Origin: Malacoraja senta
Taxonomy: Eukaryota
Assembly (NCBI GenBank): GCA_038087875.1
Contig: CM075996.1
Location: forward strand, 10,356,001 to 10,420,000
Direction of reading: 5' to 3'
DNA length: 64,000 nt
Each line of letters opens with the position of its first letter. The first letter of the stretch is position 1. This document shows, piece by piece, positions 1 through 12,640 of the stretch. Under the pieces are notes generated by a model. That model was not told the DNA's origin. It saw only the letters and a list, made by a program, of their open reading frames with translations, and did no database searches. The position numbers and the translations under genes were made by a program.

Positions 1-637
1 CCAACCCTTTAAGAATTTTGTAAGTTTCTATAAGATCCCCCCTCAATCTTCTAAATTCTAGCGAGTACAAGCCGAGTCTATCCAGTCTTGACCCGAAACG
101 TCACCCATTCCCTCTCCAGAGATGCTGCCTGTCCCACTGAGTTACTCCAGCTTTTTGAGTCCATCACATACTTGTGTATAAACCCGGCTTCATTCAACTT
201 GAATTAGAGATGGCCAATAAATACTGGCTTTGGCAGTTTTGCCCAGATCCTGAAAATGTAGAAACAAAAGCATTCCCTTACACTGTGTGATTTTACGCAG
301 AAAACTTTGGGAAAACAATGCATTAATTAAAATTGTTTTTCTTTACCACATCACTTCACTCCTCATCTAACCCAGTAGAACATAGAACAGTACAGCACAG
401 AAACAGGCTCTTCAGCCCACAATGTTTATGTCGAACATGTTGCCAAGCTGACCTGATCTCCTCTGCCTGCACGTGATCCATATCCCTCTGTACCCTGCAC
501 TGCTATGTTCCTATCTAAAAGCCTCTTAAACGCCACTATTGCAGTTCTGGTTGCCCCATTACAGGAAAGATGTGGAAGCTTAGCAGAGGGTGCAAAGAAG
601 GTTTGCCAGAATGCTGCAACTCTGCAACTCTGACAAG

Positions 638-851
638 GGCCCAGGAGCCGTTGGAGCGGTTGCAGAGGGAGGAGCTACGTCCGAGCGGTGAGTTTAAAAC
701 CTGATCGCGGGGCTTTGCTTTACAGAGGCCCAGGAGCCGTTAGAGCGGTCGCAGAGGGAGGAGCAACGTCCGAGCGGTAGGCTTAAAACCCGATCGCGGG
801 GCTTTGCTTTACACAGGCCCAGGAGCGGTTGGAGCGGTCGCAGAGGGAGGA
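638..851 (+). repeat. ~89-bp tandem repeat (about 2.4 copies), probable CR1 5' UTR repeat
   Basis: Unit GGCCCAGGAGCCGTTGGAGCGGTCGCAGAGGGAGGAG...CGATCGCGGGGCTTTGCTTTACA recurs at ~638, ~727 and ~816. Confidence 0.8.
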
Positions 852-974
852 ACCCAAATCTGTAACGTTCCAACGTTCCATTAGCATTTCAAAACAAGTG
901 GACTTGCGGAAGCCGCTGATTGGTGGAAGCGGACAAGAGGAAGCAGCTGATTGGGAGTACAGAGACCAGCCCTG

Positions 975-1846
975 TTAGATTAGATTAGATTAGATTTTAT
1001 TTCTTGTCATTTGAACCTCAGTGAGGCTCAAACGAAACTCCGTTTCCACAGCCATACAAACAAAACAATTCCTACACGACACACAAACAATTCAATTTAC
1101 AGAAAAACATCCATCACAGTGAATCACCTCCTCACTGTGATGGAAGGCAAAGTCTTTTCTCTCCCTGCACCATTTTTCTCCTGATGTTGAAGCCCCAGGC
1201 GGGCAATGTTAAGTCCCACGGCCATTTTAGGCCGCGCCGGGCGATGTACGGCCCCGCTCCGGGCCCAGAAGTCATAGGTCGGAGCCCCCGGCGGGCGTTG
1301 GAATGTCCCGCGGCTGTTAAAGCCGCGCCGGGCGATGTACGGCCCCGCTCCGGGTCGTTCCAGCCCGCGACTCGGGCTGGAGAAGTTGCGTTGCAGGAGC
1401 TCCGGAAAGCGGTCTCTCACCCGGAACCGCGAGCTCCGATATCACAGTCCACCGGTCTGCAGCTGCAGCTGGAGCTCCGGAGTCGGGCCGCAGCAGCGAG
1501 GCACCACCGCTCCCCACGCTCCAAGGCCGGCCAGCCCCACGATGGTGAGTCCGCAGCTCTGCAGGCTCCGCGACTGGAGCCCCCAGGTCGTCCCGGTCGG
1601 AGGCCGCTCCACGGAGCTAGGCCCCAACTACAACGGAGACCCGACAGGGAAAAGGTCGGGTCTCCCGTGCAGGGAAGAGTTTTTAAAGTTTCCCCCCTCC
1701 CCCCCCCCCCCGCCCCCCACATATACACAGTTATAAACAGAACCCAAAAATACACAAACAACTACATTTAAGTAGACAAAAATTAAAAAAAAAAATTAAA
1801 AAGACAGACAGGCTGTAGGGGGCGCTGCAGTAACCCTGCGCCACCG
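975..1846 (-). mobile_element. GC-rich non-coding retroposon (non-autonomous, LINE-tailed) with (ATCTA)n tail
   Basis: (TTAGA)n at 976-995 on + is a 3' microsatellite tail on -. Shares AAACATCCA.CA.AG...TCACTGTG.TGGAAGGCAA with copies at ~5836-6645 and ~41907-42600. No credible ORF. Confidence 0.65.
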
Positions 1847-4800
1847 TTCTCAGAAGGGTAAGGAAAAGAAGAGGAGGGCAGTAGTAATGGGGGACTCTAT
1901 AGTTAGGGGGTCAGACAGGCGATTCTGTGGACACAGTCAGGAGACCCGGATGGTAGTTTGCCTCCCTGGTGCCAGGGTCTGGGATGTGTCTGAACGTGTC
2001 CAAGATATCCTGAAATGGGAGGGAGAGGAACCCGAGGTCGTGGTACATATAGGTACCAATGACATAGGCAGAAAAGGAGAAGAGGTCCTGAAAGGATAAT
2101 TTAGGGAGTTAGGAGGAGAGTTAAGGAGAAGGACCGCAAAGGTAACTATCTCGAGATTACTGCCTGTGCCACGCGACAGTGAGAGTAGGAATGGAGCGAG
2201 GTGGAGGATAAATGCGTGGCTGAAGGACTGGTGCAGGGGGCAGGGATTCAAATTTCTGGATCATTGGGACCTCTTTTGTGGAAGGTGTGACCTGTACAAA
2301 AAGGACGGGTTGCACTTGAACCCGAGGGGAACCAATATCCTGGCGGGGAGATTTGCAAAGGCTACTGCGGAGACTTTAAACTAGAACGGTTGGGGTGAGG
2401 GACTCAAATAGAGAAAGCTAGTAGACAGTGTGTGAGGCAGGAGGCAGAGAAGGGAAGCACTCAGACCCAACATGTAGGGGGGAAAGAAGAAAAAAATAAT
2501 AAACAGAGAATAAGAGGTGGTGGGTTTCTTAAATGTGTGAGCAGAGAGACAGAGGGGTGTAAAATGAGGGTAGAAGCAATAGGTAGCAAGGTGAAAAGTT
2601 AAAGTGGCAGGCAGACAAATCCAGGGCAAAAATTAAAAATGGCCACTTTTCAACATAATTGTATAAGGGGTAAGTGCGTTGTAAAAATAAGCCTGAGGCT
2701 TTGTGTCTCAATGCAAGGAGCATTCGTAATAAGGTGGATGAGTTGAATGTGCAGATAGCTATTAATGATTATGATATAGTTGGGATCACGGAGACATGGC
2801 TCCAGGGTGACCAAGGCTGGGAGCTGAACATCCAGGGATATTCAATATTCAGGAGGGATAGACAGAAAGGAAAAGGAGGTGGGGTAGCGTTGCTGGTTAG
2901 AGAGGAGATTAACGCAATAGAAAGGAAGGACATTAGCTTGGAGGATGTGGAATCGATATGGATAGAGCTGCGAAACACTAAGGGGCAGAAAACGCCAGTG
3001 GGTGTTGTGTACAGGCCACCGAACAGTAGCAGTGGAGTTGGGGATGGCATCAAACAGGAAATTTGAAATGCGTGCAACAAAGGCAAAACAGTTATAATGG
3101 GTGACTTCAATCTACATATAGATTGGGTGAATCAAATTAGCAGGGGTGCTGAGGAAGAGGATTTCTTGGAATGTATGCGGGATAGTTTTCTAAACCAACA
3201 TGTAGAGGAACCAACGAGAGAGCAGGCTATTCTAGACTGGGTATTAAGTAATGAGGAAGGGTTAGTTAGCAGTCTTGTTGTGCGTGGCCCCTTGGGCAAG
3301 AGTGACCATAATATGGTTGAGTTCTTCATTAGGATGGAGAGTGACATTGTTAATTCAGAAACAAGAGTTCTGAACTTAAAGAAAGGTAACTTTGAGGGTA
3401 TTAGACGTGAATTGGCCAAGATTGACTGGCAATTGATTCTTAAAGGGTTGACGGTGGATATGCAATGAAAGGCATTTAAAGACAGCATGGATGAACTACA
3501 ACAATTGTTCATCCCAGTTTGGCAAAAGAATAAATCAGGGAAGGTAGTGCATCCGTGGATAACAAGGGAAATCAGGGATAGTATCAAAACAAAAGATGAA
3601 GCTTACAAATTAGACAGAAAAAGCAGCCTACCAGAGGACTGGGAGAAATTCAGAGTCCAGCAGAGGTGGACAAAGGGCTTAATTAGGAAAGGGAAAATAG
3701 ATTATGAAAGAAAACTGGCAGGGAACATAAAAACTGACTGCAAAAGTTTTTATAGATATGTGAGGAGAAAAAGATTAGTTAAAACAAATGTAGGTCCCTT
3801 GCAGTCAGAACAGGTGAATTGATCATGGGGAACAAGGACATGGCAGACCAATTGAATAACTACTTTGGTTCTGTCTTCACTAAGGAAGACATAAATAATC
3901 TGCCGGAAATAGCAGGGGACCGCGGGTCAAATGAGATGGAGGAACTGAGTGAAATCCAGGTTAGCCGGGAAGTGGTGTTTAGGTAAATTGAATGGATTAA
4001 AGGCCGATAAATCCCCAGGGCCAGATAGGGTGCATCCCAGAGTACTTAAGGAAGTAGCCCCAGAAATAGTGGATGCATTAGTGATCATTTTTCAAAACTC
4101 CTTAGATTCTGGAGTAGTTCCTGAGGATTGGAGGGTAGCTAATGTAACCCCACTTTTTAAAAGGGGAGAGAGAAAACGGGGAATTACAGACCAGTTAGTC
4201 TAACATCGGTAGTGGGGAAACTCCTAGAGTCAGTTATTAAAGATGGGATAGTAGCACATTTGGAAAGTGGTAAAATCATTGGACAGTCAGCATGGATTTA
4301 CGAAAGGTAAATCATGTCTGACGAATCTTATAGAATTTTTCGAGGATGTAACTAGTAGAGTGGATAAGGGAGAACCAGTGGTTATGTTATATCTGGACTT
4401 TCAGAAGGCTTTCGACAAGGTCCCACATAAGAGATTAGTATCCAAACTTAAAGCACACAGTATTGGGGGTCCAGTATTGATGTGGATAGAGAACTGGCTG
4501 GCAAACAGGAAAGCAAAGAGTAGGAGTAAACGGGTCCTTTTCAGAATGGCAGTGACTAGTGGGGTACCGCAAGACTCAGTGCTGGGACCCAGATCTTTAC
4601 AATATATATTAATGATTTGGACGAGGGAATTGAATGCAACATCTCCAAGTTTGCAGATGACACGAAGCTGGGGGGCAGTGTTAGCTGTGAGGAGGATGCT
4701 AGGAGGCTGCAAGGTGACTTGGATAGGCTGGGTGAGTGGACAAATGCATGGCAGATGCAGTATAATGTGGATAAATGTGAGGTTATCCACTTTGGTGGCA

Positions 4801-5689
4801 AAAACAGGAAAGTAGACTATTATCTGAATGGTGGCCGATTAGGAAAAAGGGAGATGCAACGAGACCTGGGTGTCATGGTACACCAGTCATTGAAAGTAGG
4901 CATGCCGGTGCAGCAGGCAGTGAAGAAAGCGAATGGGATGTTAGCATTCATAGCAAAGGATTTGAGTATAGAGCAGGGAGGTTCTACTGCAGTTGTACAG
5001 GGTCTTGGTGAGACCACACCTGGAGTATTGCGTACAGTTTTGGTCTCCAAATCTGAGGAAAGACATTCTTCCATAGAGTGAGTACAGAGAAGGTTCACCA
5101 GACTGATTCCTGGGATGTCAGGACTTTCATATGAAGAAAGACTGGATAGACTCGGCTTGTACTCGCTAGAATTTAGAAGATTCTTATAGAAACTTACAAA
5201 ATTCTTAAGGGGATGCAGGAAGATTGTTCCCGATGTTGGGGAAGTCCAGGACAAGGGGTCACAGTTTAAGGATAAAGGGGAAATCTTTTAAGACCGAGAT
5301 GAGAAAATCATTTTTCACTCAGAGAGTGGTGAATCTGTGGAATTCTCTGCCACAGAAGGTAGTTGAGGCCAGTTCATTGGCTATATTTAAGAGGGTGTTA
5401 GATGTGGCCCTTGTGGCTAAAGGGATCAGGGGGTATGGAGAGAAGGCAGGTACAGGATACTGAGTTGGATGATCAGCCATGATCATATTGAATAGCGGTG
5501 CAGGCTCGAAGGGCCGAATGGCCTACTCCTGCACCTATTGTCTATGTGTTCTATGTTTCTATGTGTTCTAACCCCTCACGACCAGTATCTTTGCTCATGA
5601 CCTTCTGTGTAGAAAACATGGCCCCACATCTCCATTGAACTTTCTCCCCTCACCCTCATCCAACAGCTATGCTATCTAGTTTTTTAGTT

Positions 5690-6790
5690 TTTAGTTTTAG
5701 AGATACAGTGCGGAAACAGGCCCTTCTGCCCACCAAGTCCACGCCGACCAGCGATCCCCGCACACTAACACGATCCTACACACACCAGGGACAATTAACT
5801 TACAAACCTGTACATCTCTGGAGTGTGGGAGGAAAGTCAAAGTCAAAGTCAATTTTATTCATCACATACACCCGAAGGTGCAGTGAAGTGAATTTGCCAG
5901 CAGCGATACCTTAAAAAGAACACACAATACACAATAGAATTTAACACAAACATCCACCAGAGCATTCTTCACTGTGGTGGAAGGCAACAAAGTTCAGCCA
6001 GTCCTCCTCATTTGTTCATCCGTGGTCAGGGCCATAAACCCTCCGTAGTCGTCGCTACGGACGGCCCGATGTACATACCCTCTCGTCGGGATGATCAAAC
6101 CTCCGACGTCGGACGGTCGAACATACTTCGCGACTTGCAGTGCCCGAATCGGCACTTTCCTTCCAGCAACCGCGGCTTCAGTATGTTATAGGCCGCAGGC
6201 CGGCGGTCAGAGCTCTTCTCCGCGATCCCCGGCAAGGGATCCCAGATGATGGTAAGACTCCGGCTGGTAAATCCACACCACTCCCGCGGCTAGAAGCTCC
6301 ACAGACCACAGCCCCATGATGCCAAAGTCACCAGGCCAGCGATCGGAGCACTCCTCTCTGGCGACCCCCCCCCCCAGCAAGGGTTCGCCCGCTCCTCGAT
6401 GGAAAATTCCACACTGCGCCCGCTCTGGGCCAGACTCCGGGAAAGGCCGCTTCAATCCAAGCTGTTAGGCCGCGAGGAAGGCGACCGTAAGCAGTTCCCC
6501 CCTTTCCCACACCCCCCCCCACCCCCCACACAAGACACACCAAGAGACACCTAAACTGACATTTAGACACACCAAAAAAACCCCAAAAAAGTTGAAATAA
6601 CAAACACGCTGCTGGCAGGGCAGCCGATTCGCAGCGCCCCCACCGACCAAACCGAAGATCTCGGAGAAAACACAAGCAGGTCACGGGGAGAATGTACAAA
6701 CTTTGCACAGACAGCAGGCGTAGTCAGGATCGATCTTGGGTTTCTGCCACTGTAAGGCAGCAACTCTACCGCTGCACCACCATGCCGCCC
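5690..6790 (-). mobile_element. tRNA-derived SINE (V-SINE/HE1-like) split by a retroposon insertion at ~5836-6645
   Basis: SINE head GGCATGGTGGTGCAGCGGTAGAGTTGCTGCC on - at ~6755-6790, body and tail at 5690-5835. The inserted element has a (ACTTTG)n tail (AAAGTC repeats on +). Confidence 0.75.
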
Positions 6791-7231
6791 TCTATAAAAA
6801 TTAAACAAAACACTTGTCTCTGGCTTCTGCAATAGCTGCTAATTCCAGTTAATCGTGTAAGCTTCCAGCTGCTTATTTCCCCCCCCCCATTACCCACTTA
6901 TAAAGTGATTGAAATGACATCTCCTGTTCTGGCCATAGGATGCCACCAGCCCTGATATTTAAATTTCACATCCTTGGGAAAGAAGTTGGGATGAAACCAG
7001 CATTCAACACAAAATACCTCATCAGCTACTAAAGATAGACACAAAGTGCTGGAGTAACTCAGCGAGACAGGCAGCATCTGTGGAGAGAAGGAATGGGTGA
7101 AGTTTTGGGTCGAGACCCTTCTACCTACCCAAGATGGAATGGACAAAACCCACCAAGGCAAGAGGTGCAATTACCTCTCCTCCTGTGCATTTTGAGTGTG
7201 TCCGCACCAGGCTTAAACTAAGCCACACATC

Positions 7232-7864
7232 CATGGGCGGAAATCCCGGGGGATGGGGGGGGGGAGGACAGGGAGCACGTCACCCGCATGTTTTGTAATC
7301 CGGATTTTGAATTATTTTTTTAAATCTCCGCTCTGCGCGAGGCAGTGGGGGTGGGACTGATGAACGAGGGTGCCGATTGGGAAGGGAGAAACGTCGGTCA
7401 GCAGACAGTGGCGGGGGGACCATGATGATTCAGCACGATGATTGGAGGAGGGAGTTGTCAGAGGCGGAAGTAAGGGGGTGGGACTGAGGATAGAGTGCGG
7501 TGATTGGGTGAGGGAGACATCCTGGTGGAGCAAAGATCATAGAACGGAGCTTGAACTGGCCCGTTCGCGGGGCCTTTCATCGCCCGGCCCGACGCGGCTT
7601 AAAATCTTCCACCGCCCCATGGTTATATTGCTGCGTCGAGGTGATCGAGGCTCCCGATGTTGAAGCCCCGCTGGGCAATGGAAGATCCCGCGGCCGATTT
7701 TAAGCCGCGCCGGGCGATGAAATGCCCCGCGAACGGGCCGATTGAAGCCCCATGATTCAGGGCAGACGAAGCTGCTGTTGCTGGAGTTCGGTGTTGGTCA
7801 CCAACCAGGTCAATGGCCGATGTTATCATCCACAGGGCCCACGGCCGAAGCCGTGTGCGTGTGT

Positions 7865-7895
<31 letters not shown>

Positions 7896-8007
7896 CGCGT
7901 GTGTGTGTGCGTGCGTGTGTGTGCGTGCGTGTGTGTGCACGTGCATGCGGCCACCAATAAATTGTGTCCCCCCCCACCCCATGTTTTGATAGCGATATCC
8001 GCCCCTG
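7232..8007. mobile_element. Non-autonomous hAT-type DNA transposon (MITE)
   Basis: Imperfect TIRs CATGGGCGGAAATC ... GATATCCGCCCCTG. Perfect 8-bp TSD CACACATC at 7224-7231 and 8008-8015. Internal (TG)n/(TGCG)n tract at 7853-7940. Confidence 0.85.
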
Positions 8008-8356
8008 CACACATCACATCTAAATACTCAGTACTATTCAAGGCCATCTAAACTTCTCATTCTGAAGGAATCGCCTCTCTTTTGGCGAGTTGGCATATTC
8101 AATGAGACTTTATTGTCATGTACTGAGATACAGTGAAAATTCTTTTGTTTTTGCATACAATCCAGTCAAATCAAACGGCAGACCTCACCTGGGCAGTACA
8201 CAAAGTGTTGCCACGTTTCTGGTGCCGACAAAGATAGTCCGGTCTTATTTTCTCTCGGCAGCCCGTTCTCTGGGTCCTTCTTTGCTCTCAGCGGTCCCAG
8301 CCATGTCCTTCTTTGCTCTTGGCGGCCTCCACCAGAGGCAGTAAGGTAACATGTGC

Positions 8357-8580
8357 AGGAAAGAACTGCAGATGCTGGTTTAAATCGAAGATGGACACAA
8401 AATGCTGGAGTAACTCAGCGGGACAGGCAGCATCTCTGGAGAGAAGGAATGGGTGACGTTTCGGGTCGAGACCCGTCTGAAGATGTCCGAAGAAGGGTTT
8501 CGACCCGAAACATCACCCATTCCCTCTGTCCAGAGATGCTGCCTGTCCCGCTGAGTTACTCCAGCATTTTGTGTCTACCT
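8357..8580. mobile_element. Palindromic Penelope-type non-autonomous element (other copies/halves at ~88-165, 7035-7120, 12640-12855, 13670-13785, 15050-15255, 16785-16900, 41010-41130, 41330-41530, 58843-58935, 60430-60815)
   Basis: Inverted arms GACACAAAATGCTGGAGTAACTCAGCGGGACAGGCAGCATCTCTGGA...TCCAGAGATGCTGCCTGTCCCGCTGAGTTACTCCAGCATTTTGTGTC around a GAAGAAGGG...GACCCGAAAC core. Confidence 0.7.
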
Positions 8581-9034
8581 CCCAGTCTTTTTAGTTTGTT
8601 TAGCTTTTAATTTTAGAGATACAGACCAGGTCCGTGCCAACCAACGATCACCCCGTACAACACACTATCAAACACACTGGGACAATTTAAAATTGTTACA
8701 AAGACAATTAACTTACAAACATTAACATCTTTGGAGTGTGGGAGGAAACTGTAGCACCCGGAGAAAACCCACACGGTCATGGGGAGAAAGTACAAATTCC
8801 ACACAGACAGCACCCGTAGGCAGGATCGAACCCGGGTCTCTGGCGCTGGAAGGCAGCAACTCTACTGCATCTTCAGTTTTACTCAGATTTACCATGGATT
8901 CCTGTAACTGCGATTGCGAGCTAAAACCACTAGAGGGGGTATGTTACCCAGCCCTCAATATCTCCAATCATTCTTTCCATTTTACTCTCTCAAACTAGCT
9001 TGAATAAAATCAGTAATCCCAATTGTATGTTGGG

Positions 9035-9680
9035 TTTTTAATTTGTATTTTATTAGAAGTACATTACATTACAACCACATACATTAGTACTTGTCATTTA
9101 TATCTTCTTACAATTAATGTACTCCATTTATTTTTACACTAGAAAAGAAAAGATTGAAAGAAAGAAGAAAGTGAAGGAAAAAGTGGAAGTGTAGGAAATG
9201 TGACAACAAAAAAGGACAAAGACCCTATAAGAGCAAAATTAAAAACAAAAGAAAAAGAGTTAAGAAATAGACCCTAGAAAGAAAGAAAGAGAGAAAGAGG
9301 AAAAAGGAGAGAACAAATATTTTTATGAGCATTACATAAATGGGACATACCAACTCTTCAACTATCATCCCCCCTTACCTGACCTCAATTTTTTTTTTAA
9401 CGTACTTTGCACCCTATATTTGTAATAATTCTATAAATGCAGACCACGTCAGGTGGAAGTGATCTGGTTTACCTGCCAGGAGGAGTCTTATCTCTTCTAG
9501 GTGTAATGTTTCAAACATATTTGAAATCCACATATTTATAGTTGGTATTGGAGCCTTCTTCCAAAATTTTAGAATTAGCTTTTTTCCAGTTATTAACCCA
9601 TAGTCCATTAGTTTCTTTTGAAACACATTTAGTTCTGGACCATCTTCCGTTATGTTGGCAATCATTATTTGAATCATGCT
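9035..9680 (-). mobile_element. 3' fragment of an L1-clade LINE related to 46648-49978
   Basis: ORF2 C-terminus DYGLITGKKLILKFWKKAPIPTINMWISNM...W matches NYGLITAKKLILKFWKNAPTPTTKMWISNM at 49378-49602. A-rich tail on -. Confidence 0.85.
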
Positions 9681-11020
9681 ACATCAATAATGTTAATGGA
9701 TTCAATGATTGCATTTTAATTATATCAATGATTTGGATGAGAACATACAGGGCAAGATTCGCAAGTTTGCAGATGATACAAAAGAGGGTTGTTTTGCAGT
9801 GAAGATGGTTGTGAAAAATTGCAGCAGGAACTGATCGATTGGCCAGGTGGGCGGAGGAATGGTTGATGCAATTTAAAACAGAGAAATGTGAGGTGTTTAA
9901 TTTTGGGAAGTTTAACATGGGCAGGACCTACACAGTGAATGGTCGGGCTGTGGGTAGTGTTGTAGAGGAGAGGGGTCCTTGAAGGAGGAGCTGCAGGTAG
10001 ATAGGGAGGTCAAAAAGGCTTTTGGCACAATGGCCTTCATCAGTCAGAGTATTGAGTATAAAGGTTAGGAGATTATGTTCATAAGGTCATAAGTGATAGG
10101 ACTAGAATTAGGCTATTTGGCCCAACAAGTCTACTCTGCCATTCAATCATGGCTGATCTATCTCGGCCTCCCAACCCCATTCTCCTGCCTTCTCTCCATA
10201 ACTCCTGACACCCGTACTAATCAAGAATCTATCTATCTCTGCCTTAAAAATATCCATTGATTTGGCCTCCTCAGCCTTCTGTGGCAAAGAATTTCACAGA
10301 TTCGCCACCCTCTGACTGAAGAAAATTTCTTCTCATCTTCCTAAAGGAATATCCTTTAATTCTGAGGATATGACCTCTTGTCCTAGATTCACCCACTGGT
10401 GGAAACATCCTCTCCACATCCACTCTATCCAGGCCTTTCACATTCTGTACGTTTCTGTACGATTCTGTGCTTTTCACCATTCTGTACGTATGTTGCAGTT
10501 GTATAAGACGTTGGTGAGGCCGCATTTAGAATATTGTGTCCTGTTCTGGGCACCACGTTAAAGAAAAGATATTGTCAAACTTGAAGAGGTACAGACAAGA
10601 TTTACGAGGATGTTGCCAGGACTCGAGGGAGAGGTTGAGTAGGATGGGACTATTCCTTGGAGAGCAGTAGCTGAGGGGTGATCTTGTAGATATGTATAAA
10701 ATCATGAGGAATAGATCGGGTAGATACACAGAGTAGGGGATCGAGAACAAGAGAATAGGTTTAAGGTGAAGGGGAAACGATTTAATAGGAATCTGAGGGG
10801 TAAGCTTTTCACACAAAGAGTGGTGGGTGTATGGAACGAGCCGCCAGAGGAGGTAGTTGAGGCAGGGACTATCCCAACGTTAAGAAACAGTTAGACAGGT
10901 ACATGGATAGGACAGGTTTAGAGGGATATGGGCCAAACACAGGCAGGTGGGACTGGTGTAGCTGGGACATGTTGGCCGGTGTGGGCAAGTTTTGCCAAAG
11001 GGCCAGTTTCCACACTGTGA
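9680..11020 (+). mobile_element. Degraded CR1 3' fragment with a nested antisense CR1 3' end (~10080-10460)
   Basis: [22 protein letters not shown] and WN.LP remnants on +. RTRGHILRIKG remnant on - inside it. Confidence 0.75.
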
Positions 11021-11173
11021 CTATGATTAATGGGATTAACCTCTATCAGGCAATTCACCATGGACTTGACACTCACTCTGCATCTTGGCTTTGATGTGCA
11101 GTGGGAACATTTGGTCTAACCCGCCCTTCTGTTAACTGGGCTGATGGAATATTTTGTGTAGGAATTATAATAA

Positions 11174-11830
11174 TTGAATATTGTCAAATTTCTGGGCGTG
11201 CATATTTCCGACGATCTTTCCTGGACCCAGCACATTGATGCAATCATCAAGAAAGCACAACAGTGCCTCTACTTCCTGAGAAGATTACGGAGATTCGGTA
11301 TGTCAAAGAGGATTCTCTTGAACTTCTACAGGTGCACAGTAGAGAGCATGCTGACCGGTTGCATCGTGGCTTGGTTCAGCAACTTGAACGTCCAGGAGCA
11401 GAAAAGACTGCAAAAACTTGTAAACACTGCCCAGTCCATCACCGGCTCTGACCTCCCCCACCATCGAAGGGATCTATCGTAGTCGCTGCCTCACAAAGGC
11501 AGCCAACATCATCAAAGACCTACACCACCCTGGCCACACACTCATCTCACCACTGCCATCGGGAAAAAGGTACAGGAGCCTGAAAACTGTAACGTCCAGG
11601 TTGAGGAACAGCTTCTTCCCCACAGTTATCAGGCTATTAAACACCACAACCTCATATGGACTCTGAACTACAATAGACTATTATTATTATTACACTGTTA
11701 TTGTTTGTTCTTTTTTTTTCTGAGCTTTTGTTATATTATTTATTATGATGACATATTCTGTTGTGCTTAAGCAAGTAAGTATTTCATTGTTCTATCTGGG
11801 ACATATGACAATAAAACACTTTGACTTGAT
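11174..11830 (+). mobile_element. Rex1/Babar LINE 3' fragment
   Basis: [13 protein letters not shown]...[17 protein letters not shown]...[20 protein letters not shown] plus (CTTGA) tail. Confidence 0.88.
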
Positions 11831-11834
11831 TGAA

Positions 11835-12640
11835 TAATTGAATAAATTTATTGGCCAAGTATGTTCACATACAAGGAATTTGCCCAGGTGCTCCGCTCAC
11901 AAGTGACAACATGACACACAGTGACAATTAAGAATGACACATAAAACATTAAGAAGAAAACATTATCGATTAAACATGTGAATTAAATAAAATACCAGAG
12001 GAAAAGGAGGCTGCATACTTTTAGTTATTCAGTAGAGCTACTACTGTTTTTATGTCTGGCTGTGGCAGCTTTGACAGTCAGGAGTCGCCTTCCAGAAGGG
12101 ATTCAAAGAGTTTGTGGCCAGGGTGAGAGGGGTCAGAGATGATCGTACCCACTCGCTTCCTGGCCCTCGCATTGTACACTTCATCAATGGAGGGAAGGTT
12201 GCAGCCAATAACCTTCTCAGCTGATATCGTGCTTGGTGGCTGAGCCAAAACAGACCATGATGGAGAAGGTGAGGACAGACTCTACGATGGCCATATAGAA
12301 TTGGACCATCATTGCTTGTGGCAGATTGTGTTTCCTCAGCTGCCGCAGGAAGTACATCCTCTGTTGTGCCTTTTTGACTGTGGAGTCGATGGTGGCCCCC
12401 CACTTAAGGTCCTTGGAGATGATGGTTCCCAGGAACTTAAAAGACTCCACAGATGTGACTGTGGTGTTGTTGTTGGTGAGTGGGGTGAGGGGAGGGGGGG
12501 CTCTCCTAAAGTCTACAATCAGTTCCACTAAGAGCATTGAGCTCTAGGTGTTGCGATGGCACCAGGACGCCAGCTGTGTCACTTCCCTGTCTGTAGGCAG
12601 ATTCCTCCCATCCTGGATCAGTCCAATCAGGGTTGTGTCT
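11835..12640 (-). mobile_element. Rex1/Babar LINE 3' fragment (same subfamily as 51710-55006)
   Basis: ELIVDFRRAPPPLTPL...FKFLGTIISKDLKW...KKAQQRMYFLRQLRKHNL. Confidence 0.88.

Larger units (their letters stand above)
630..5570 (+). mobile_element. CR1-clade LINE, near full length, degraded (ORF1 SGNH esterase, ORF2 APE endonuclease + RT)
   Basis: ORF1 remnant GDSIVRG...VVHIGTNDIG...DGLHLN (1887-2384). ORF2 pieces NARSIRNK/ITETWL/VYRPP/MGDFN/SDHN, KSPGPD, YLDFQKAFDKVPH, GVPQ, KFADDTKL, WNSLP (2690-5463) with several stops and frameshifts. (TTCTATG)-like 3' tail at ~5538-5570. Interrupted by an insertion at ~975-1846. Confidence 0.93.

Noticed and set aside
1124..1771. Overlapping GC-rich ORFs up to 195 aa
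   Set aside because: They lie within a GC-rich retroposon where stops are rare. No domain motifs.
7623..8051. ORFs with CVCV/HTHT runs
   Set aside because: Translation of a (TG)n microsatellite.
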